The notes beneath the pieces were generated by a model. It was given only the letters and a program-made list of their open reading frames with translations. It was not told the DNA's origin and did no database searches. From Tubiluchus corallicola (taxonomy: Eukaryota > Animalia > Priapulida), in the NCBI GenBank assembly GCA_030141605.1, contig JAQGDQ010000637.1, positions 57,933 to 121,932 of the forward strand: DNA of 64,000 nucleotides. The letters are read 5' to 3'. Position numbers and translations under genes: made by a program. Of the stretch, positions 57,046-64,000 are shown in pieces; position 1 is the first letter of the stretch; each line of letters opens with the position of its first letter.

Positions 57046-58319
57046 GCGGAAACACAACTTGCATGCTATTGAAACTTTAAAAAACATTAAGCAAAAAGAT
57101 AACTGAGTTTCTCCCAACTTATCAAGTTAAGTTTAAACGCTTGCATGGCTTCATTATTTCACCTCTTCTACATTTTTGCCAATTTGTGTTGCACAGCGTC
57201 AAATGCTGTATAATTTCTTGTCAATTGTGTATGTTGGGTAAGGTACGCCCACGTGATTCTGAAGATACTGCCCCACTGGTAGGTCAGCGACAACTGGTAT
57301 CTGAAATTGAAACCACTCTGTAGCATTGGAACTTTAACACGCCTGCTTGATAACTGCAGATTAACTGCCATAAATTATTTGCGAACTATGGCTTCTTATG
57401 TTTCACCAATGACATCTAAAGACAGGGGAATGCTTGGTAATAAATCTTGTTTTCTCAGAGCCTCTTATCTGCGGAATTGTTGCAATGGCGTGGCAATTTT
57501 TTGCTGAAATAAAATTCAAAATTCAAATTGAACTAAATCTTATCAGTACGTCACTCGTTTCCTTTTGGTACCAGTTTTAAATGCCAGGTGGCGCCTGGAG
57601 TTAAGACATTATTTTTATACAAATCGCAATGGCCTATCAAAGAGGGTTACCGGTAAATTAAAAAGAGAAGAACGTTGAGGCATGTCCAAAAACTAGGAGG
57701 TTAAAGTTTTCTGGTGTAAAATTGCGCTGACAAGCAGTCCGTATGAAAAACCTTGGTAGGTTTACCACGTCTCAGATTACGTTTGCCTATTCATACAGTA
57801 AAAATCATCGACCTTTAATGCTAAGTAACCTTGCGCCATTCTTACATTGAATTAATGGAGCTGTTGTGCTGGTCCAACCTCAGAGAGGAGCAGCAGGTGG
57901 GGTGATTCGATGACGCCAGCACTGAGGATCACCTCTCTCTGGATTGCCACTCTCTTTCTGGTGGCTTCGTGGATGATTTGAATTGAAGTTGCCCTTTTTT
58001 GCTCAAAGTCAACCTGACAGTAAAAAGAAAAGGTTTACATGGTTAATATACAATCGACTGGACTATTCAATGATCGCCCAGGCTAAGAATTGAACCTACT
58101 TTACTGAGGTTAGACTGGCTATGTGTGTGACATGCGCTAAATACAAGTCCAACGGTCTTTAAGATGTAATTTATGATTTTTTATCGTCCAAAATGGGCTG
58201 TCATCGTCTCATCCCAAAATCACTATCACATCATGATTTATTTGACTGACTGACTGACTGACTGACTGACATATTATGTGCGAGTCGACTTCGTTTTATC
58301 TGAAGCACACGTGGTCAGT

Positions 58320-58575
58320 ATTGAAACAGCAGTTGATTATTTGACAAAATTCCAGTTCTAAGCTTTAGCAGGCTGTACACCACACGTGGGGACAGTGTTA
58401 AAACAGCCGCTGATTTGTTGACAAAATTCCAGTTCTAAGCTTTAGCAGGCTGTACACCACACGTGGGGACAGTGTTAAAACAGCCGCTGATTTGTTGACA
58501 AAATTCCAGTTCTAAGCTTTAGCAAGCTGTACACCACACGTTGTCAGTGTTGAAACAGTAGTTGACAAAATTCCA
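58320..58575. repeat. 77-bp tandem repeat, ~3 copies
   Basis: gacaaaattccagttctaagctttagcaggctgtacaccacacgtggggacagtgttaaaacagccgctgatttgtt. Confidence 0.88.
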
Positions 58576-59729
58576 GGGTGCACACCAGTCTTACAATGAT
58601 TACATGATATCTTTACAAATTTGTCCTATTAAAAGCACAAAAGAGACTCATAAGTTAGTAAATTTGTACCAATAACACAACCGTTTTGTACCAACGTACA
58701 GTACATCTTACATGAAACAAAAAAGGCGCCATTGCTAAGTAGTGTGTAACTAGATGTTATGAGAGAAACATCCGTAGTACCACTTTCACTGTTTCGCTGC
58801 ATAGACGCTGGTTAAGAAATAGCACTGCCTATGGGAAACTAAGCGTAAAATTTCTAGGTCAAAACAATTTTGTTGCTCGCAGCTACTACAGTTTACCTTC
58901 TTTCGTCTGTACAGCGTGTTTTGGGTTGTAGAAGTAATTCAGGTCGCCGCCGTTAGATGGCGCAATCGCTTTTTGCTGTCTATGAAATGTTCTGCTTTGC
59001 CAATTACACCGCGTGGCTTATAGTCTTCTCTGGGGAAGGGGGCGGGGAGTGGGGTAAAACAACAAATAATGGTACGGATTGACCTGTTACATGAAAGTAC
59101 TACCCATGTATTAGTGAATTAGTCATACCGTCAAATTTTAATGTGGAAATGACATGGGTTTTGCCAGCTCGTAATCTTGGGAGTAGACCTAGATAGGTTT
59201 GTGCAGGGAGTTGAAGAAGTCATGATCCCTCAACAAATTTTGCAAATGTCTCACAAGCTTATCCAACTAAATACTGATCAATGTAATGTTTCTAAGCGGC
59301 CATTTTGTCCTTCAAGAAGGTTTTTTTACAACATAATAGATTCGCCATTCAACAATCTTTTGGTGCAATAATTTTTTGTACCGTGAGATGGTTTTGTGTC
59401 TATGTTAAGATACGTGTGTATATTACCTCTATGCTATGTTTATTTTAGATAAGATTCCACTTGTAGAAGTGTGCTTTAGTTTTTTTAGATGGGTGTATTT
59501 TGCTGTAGCTACTACCGTTTATTAGTTGTGTTTTTATTCACTCCTACTGCACCGTAAATGACTATAAAAAAGCTTTAGCACGAAGCGAGTCAACGTCAAG
59601 CTCTAAACAGAATAGGACCTCCAAGAATGACAAATCAGGTGCTAATAACCAGTTTATTCAATTCAACGGAGGTTTATTTGCCTTGTGCAATTGAAAAAAA
59701 AATTGACGATTTATGCTAATATGATGGCT

Positions 59730-60916
59730 ATAGCGGAAAACATAATCAATAGCAGGCCCTCTTTACACACACTATTTTGTATAGTGGAAAACATAATCAA
59801 TAGCAGGCCCTCTTTACACACACTATTTTGTATAGTGGAAAACATAATCAATAGCAGGCCCTCTTTACACACACTATTTTGTATAGTGGAAAACATAATC
59901 AATAGCAGGCCCTCTCTACACACACTATTTTGTATAGTGGAAAACATAATCAATAGCAGGCCCTCTTTACACACACTATTTTGTATAGTGGAAAACATAA
60001 TCAATAGCAGACCCTCTCTACACACTATTTCGTATAGTGGAAAACATAATCAATAGCAGGCCCTCTTACACCCTCTTTACACACTATTTCATAGTGGAAA
60101 ACATAATCAATAGCAGGCCCCTCACACTATTTCGTATAGTGGAAAACATAATCAATAGCAGGCCCTCTCTACACACACTATTTCGTATAGTGGAAAACAT
60201 AATCAATAGCAGGCCCTCTCTACACACACTATTTTGTATAGTGGAAAACATAATCAATAGCAGGCCCTCTTTACACACACTATTTTGTATAGTGGAAAAC
60301 ATAATCAATAGCAGGCCCACTTTACACACACTATTTTGTATAGTGGAAAACATAATCAATAGCAGGCCCTCTTTACACACACTATTTTGTATAGTGGAAA
60401 ACATAATCAATAGCAGGCCCTCTCTACACACACTATTTTGTATAGTGGAAAACATAATCAATAGCAGGCCCTCTCTACACACACTATTTTGTATAGTGGA
60501 AAACATAATCAATAGCAGGCCCTCTCTACACACTATTTCGTATAGTGGAAAACATAATCAATAGCAGGCCCTCTCTACACACACTATTTTGTATAGTGGA
60601 AAACATAATCAATAGCAGGCCCTCTCTACACACACTATTTTGTATAGTGGAAAACATAATCAATAGCAGGCCCTCTCTACACACACTATTTTGTATAGTG
60701 GAAAACATAATCAATAGCAGACCCTCTCTACATACACTATTTTGTATAGTGGAAAACATAATCAATAGCAGGCCCTCTCTACATACACTATTTTGTATAG
60801 TGGAAAACATAATCAATAGCAGACCCTCTCTACACACACTATTTTGTATAGTGGAAAACATAATCAATAGCAGGCCCTCTCTACATACACTATTTTGTAT
60901 AGTGGAAAACATAATC
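59730..60916. repeat. 51-bp minisatellite, ~23 copies
   Basis: tagtggaaaacataatcaatagcaggccctctctacacacactattttgta. Confidence 0.95.
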
Positions 60917-62902
60917 CTGTATAAAAATTTCAAAGTTAGCAGGCCTAAATAAACATTATGCCTAATTAAAAAATCTAAATTAATAATGTTAATAATGGAA
61001 ATGACAGTCGATAACAGTTGATGCGTATATTAATGGCTTATAAGTCATTTGCAAGACTTATTGTTATGAAAGAGCCTGCGTCCACGAAATATGTGTTAAT
61101 CTAAAGTAAAACGAATTACCCAATAATACTAGCCTATTAATCTAAAATAAATTGATCATAATTTTTAACCCCACGCGCTCACCCTTTCCATACTACGGAT
61201 CATATTAAAATCGAATTTAACTGGAATTGCTTTACGCTAAACCTGTTATAGAAAAATTGGAGTGCTTATCGACTGGTATATCTGAACAGGAGTCACCGTA
61301 AGACCGTGTGTCCCTGCACAATGACATTAGAATTTGCTGCAGCGCTGCCTTTGAAAGCAGAAAAAATTGCTGTTTTACTACTGGCCGATTTTGTATGGCA
61401 ATATTGGTAGAAAATTGGCCTCTTTGTGAGGCATATTGTCCAAGATCTACAGGTATCGGGCGTAAACTACAAGTTAAAAGAGGGACTTCACTGGTAGTTA
61501 TCCACTAACAACAACATCAGTATGCACATAGGAGTTTACTATAAGAATTTAACTGGAATTCCACGTATGCAGCCAGGTGGCAAATTTATTTATGTTAGCT
61601 GTAAGCTACATTGTCAATTTGTCAGTATTCGCTTTAAGATTCATTTTCAAACGACTGTTTTTGTGAGTTCTTTTTTTAGTTTTAGGCCTACATTTAGGCA
61701 TAGATAAAGGCTCTAGTTATTTGAACATTGATGATAAGGTGAATTAGTTCATTAAGTTCTCTTAATTTTTCCCAACATCAGTGTATTCAACAATAATAAT
61801 AATAACCATTGCCTTATCAGCAACTCTTCTATATTAATGTCAAATTGCTAGCTAATTTGCATTTTTTTATTTTAGTCGCTTCGATCTGCACATACCCACA
61901 TAATCTGTAAACAAAGCACGGTAACAATAAATATGAAACAACTAATAACCGCTATGTAATATTGTAAGATATTGTTTTTATAAAGAATATGGGAATTACA
62001 TGAAATAAAAATTAAAACTCTTAAAAACCGTAGCACACGTATCATCCAAAAAACTTTGGGCAAATAGTGATAACAATAATTAATATAAACAATTCGTTAT
62101 AAAAGTCTACAAGAACTTGTTCCACTGTTCAAACTTTGTATTAAGCAATGCGAATATTGTAATTGCACTAAATTGCAGAAGTAGAAAATTGGTCATAAGC
62201 TATAGATCTTAAGATATTGGTGTTGCTATAGATATAACTACAGTTCACTCTTAAAAGTTAACAAGGCCATTTTTGCGACTACACAACGCGTACTAAAATG
62301 TATGCAGTATATACAAAATTTTCACATAATGAAGTTACATATGTACATAAAAATACATATACTACACACTTAACACTATGATCGTACATAATGCATGTAA
62401 CATACATAAATTTACTATTTTGAATTTTGCTGCTTAAATTGTTAAAAAGTTGTAATGGCTGTCTCCAAACCTGTATAATCACTTTATTATTATTATTATT
62501 ATACACACTATTTTTATTTTTATTTAAAGTCTTAGAAAAGTCCGTTTGTAACTTTGCGGTATAATATGGTCTTCATTGGCCTATTGCATATCTTCTTATG
62601 TAAGTTGCCACTTAGCTGTGCGAGTCTGTAGACATGAACCGAACTTGAAGCACATTATTTCACCCGCGGGTATACAATTTGAGATTCTTGTCGTCATAAA
62701 GGGTACATGATCAAAGGCAGTTGAACAGGTGACACAGGTATAAACCAGCGTGGTTTAACTTTCATATACATATCATATATAGTATGAACTGTATGCGGAG
62801 TGGTTTTGCACATAACTGCCAGTATAACAAAATTTTAGGTAAATAGCTGTTGTAATTTTAGGCAAGCAATACTGCAATGTTCACCAATGAAATCCAATCA
62901 AC

Positions 62903-63177
62903 ATATTTAATTAATTTCAAAATTGCTTGTGAGGCCCAAGGAAAGTGCAGTCATACAAACAATATTTCAGAAATGGCTTGCGAAACCAAAAAATGCGGTC
63001 AAGTAAAACAACGTTTATTTTTTTCCTTGCTTATTTTTTACTTTTAATTTTTTCTCAACATATCCCATATATATATATATTTGATATGGTTTGGTTTCGC
63101 AAGCCATTTCTGAAATATTGTTTGTATGACTGCACTTTCCTTGGGCTTCACAAGCAATTTTGAAATTAATTAAATAT
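62903..63177. mobile_element. Foldback MITE with ~87-bp near-perfect terminal inverted repeats
   Basis: 62903-62989 is the reverse complement of 63091-63177 with about one mismatch. Confidence 0.8.
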
Positions 63178-63239
63178 TTTTATTCTATATGCCTCATCTG
63201 TGATGTTCGGTACGTGAAGAACAGGCATCCTTTCTTAAT

Positions 63240-63284
<45 letters not shown>

Positions 63285-63391
63285 CTGATATTTGCAAAAA
63301 TCTGCCTAATAAAAAGTAAAAAACCTAAAATTAATCAAAAACAATGCTAAAACAAATATATATATACATATACATAGGCATATACGTACGT

Positions 63392-63433
<42 letters not shown>

Positions 63434-64000
63434 CAATAAAAATAATATGCCTTTATTTTAAATTTATAGATTACAAATAGAAACCTAAATGTTAATGATT
63501 GAGTATAATTACATACTTTTAAAATTTAACGTACAATGTAGGCCTACATGTATGTCAAAGCAAAAACTGTGATCCCGCCAAAAATTTAAAGCACTTAATG
63601 AATCAAATGCACACCATCGCATAAAAAAGAGAAAAAAATCAGACGGCTCGTTAATAGAGGTCCAGCGTTGGATATTTGAGTTTTATGACAACTTCTCCTC
63701 TTCATGTTTAACACCTGCTTCGCCGAATAAAACTATTCGAAGATAAGTAACGCATAAAAGTCTACACATTTCAACTCTTTCGGATCGTAAATCTGATCGT
63801 TAAATTAAAATGATGGGGGTCCGCGTGGTAGGGGACCTACTGCTTTGCAAATGCACCAGGCCCGGTTTTAAAAAATTACATATACGACTTGTACGTCATG
63901 TAAAATGTGTAGATTATTAGACTTCTGCAGTAGTACCTAATTGTAAGTTCAACTAGTTAATTAAATTGAAGTTAAAAACTTAAGTTTAATTGCTATTTTA

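Noticed and set aside
55332-57064. 564-aa and 542-aa minus-strand ORFs as real repeat proteins
   Set aside because: They are translations of a 30-bp satellite in overlapping frames, with no unique domain or splice context.
59489-59560. Candidate next SLC6 exon (VYFAVAT..)
   Set aside because: Wrong phase after the acceptor, an immediate stop, and no FPY motif.
59685-60952. ORFs with a 17-aa repeat (IVENIINSRPSLHTLFC)
   Set aside because: 51-bp minisatellite with frameshifting unit variants.

Overview
AT-rich, intron-rich eukaryotic (invertebrate animal-like) genomic DNA, not prokaryotic. (1) 990-43750 (+): a 5'-incomplete polycystin-1-family (PKD1L/REJ-type) gene. I traced 37 GT-AG exons by hand with consistent phases (~2,490 codons): EGF, REJ, GAIN/GPS, TM1, PLAT, further TMs, TOP/channel domain. 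Its GAIN domain appears to carry an unusual ~360-aa insertion just before the GPS motif, made of a 32-cysteine periodic segment plus a second, extracellular PLAT domain. (2) 44781-47970 (+): a two-coding-exon secreted LRR/LRRCT protein with a likely GPI-anchor tail. (3) 51175-55305 (+): four exons of an SLC6 amino-acid-type transporter with a nonsense codon and a frameshift in the first exon (pseudogene or assembly error). Introns hold a head-to-tail array of non-autonomous Helitrons, three TTAA-flanked piggyBac-like elements, foldback MITEs, LINE remnants and many minisatellites. Most long ORFs in the supplied track at 16-17, 35, 53, 55-57 and 59-61 kb are repeat artefacts.
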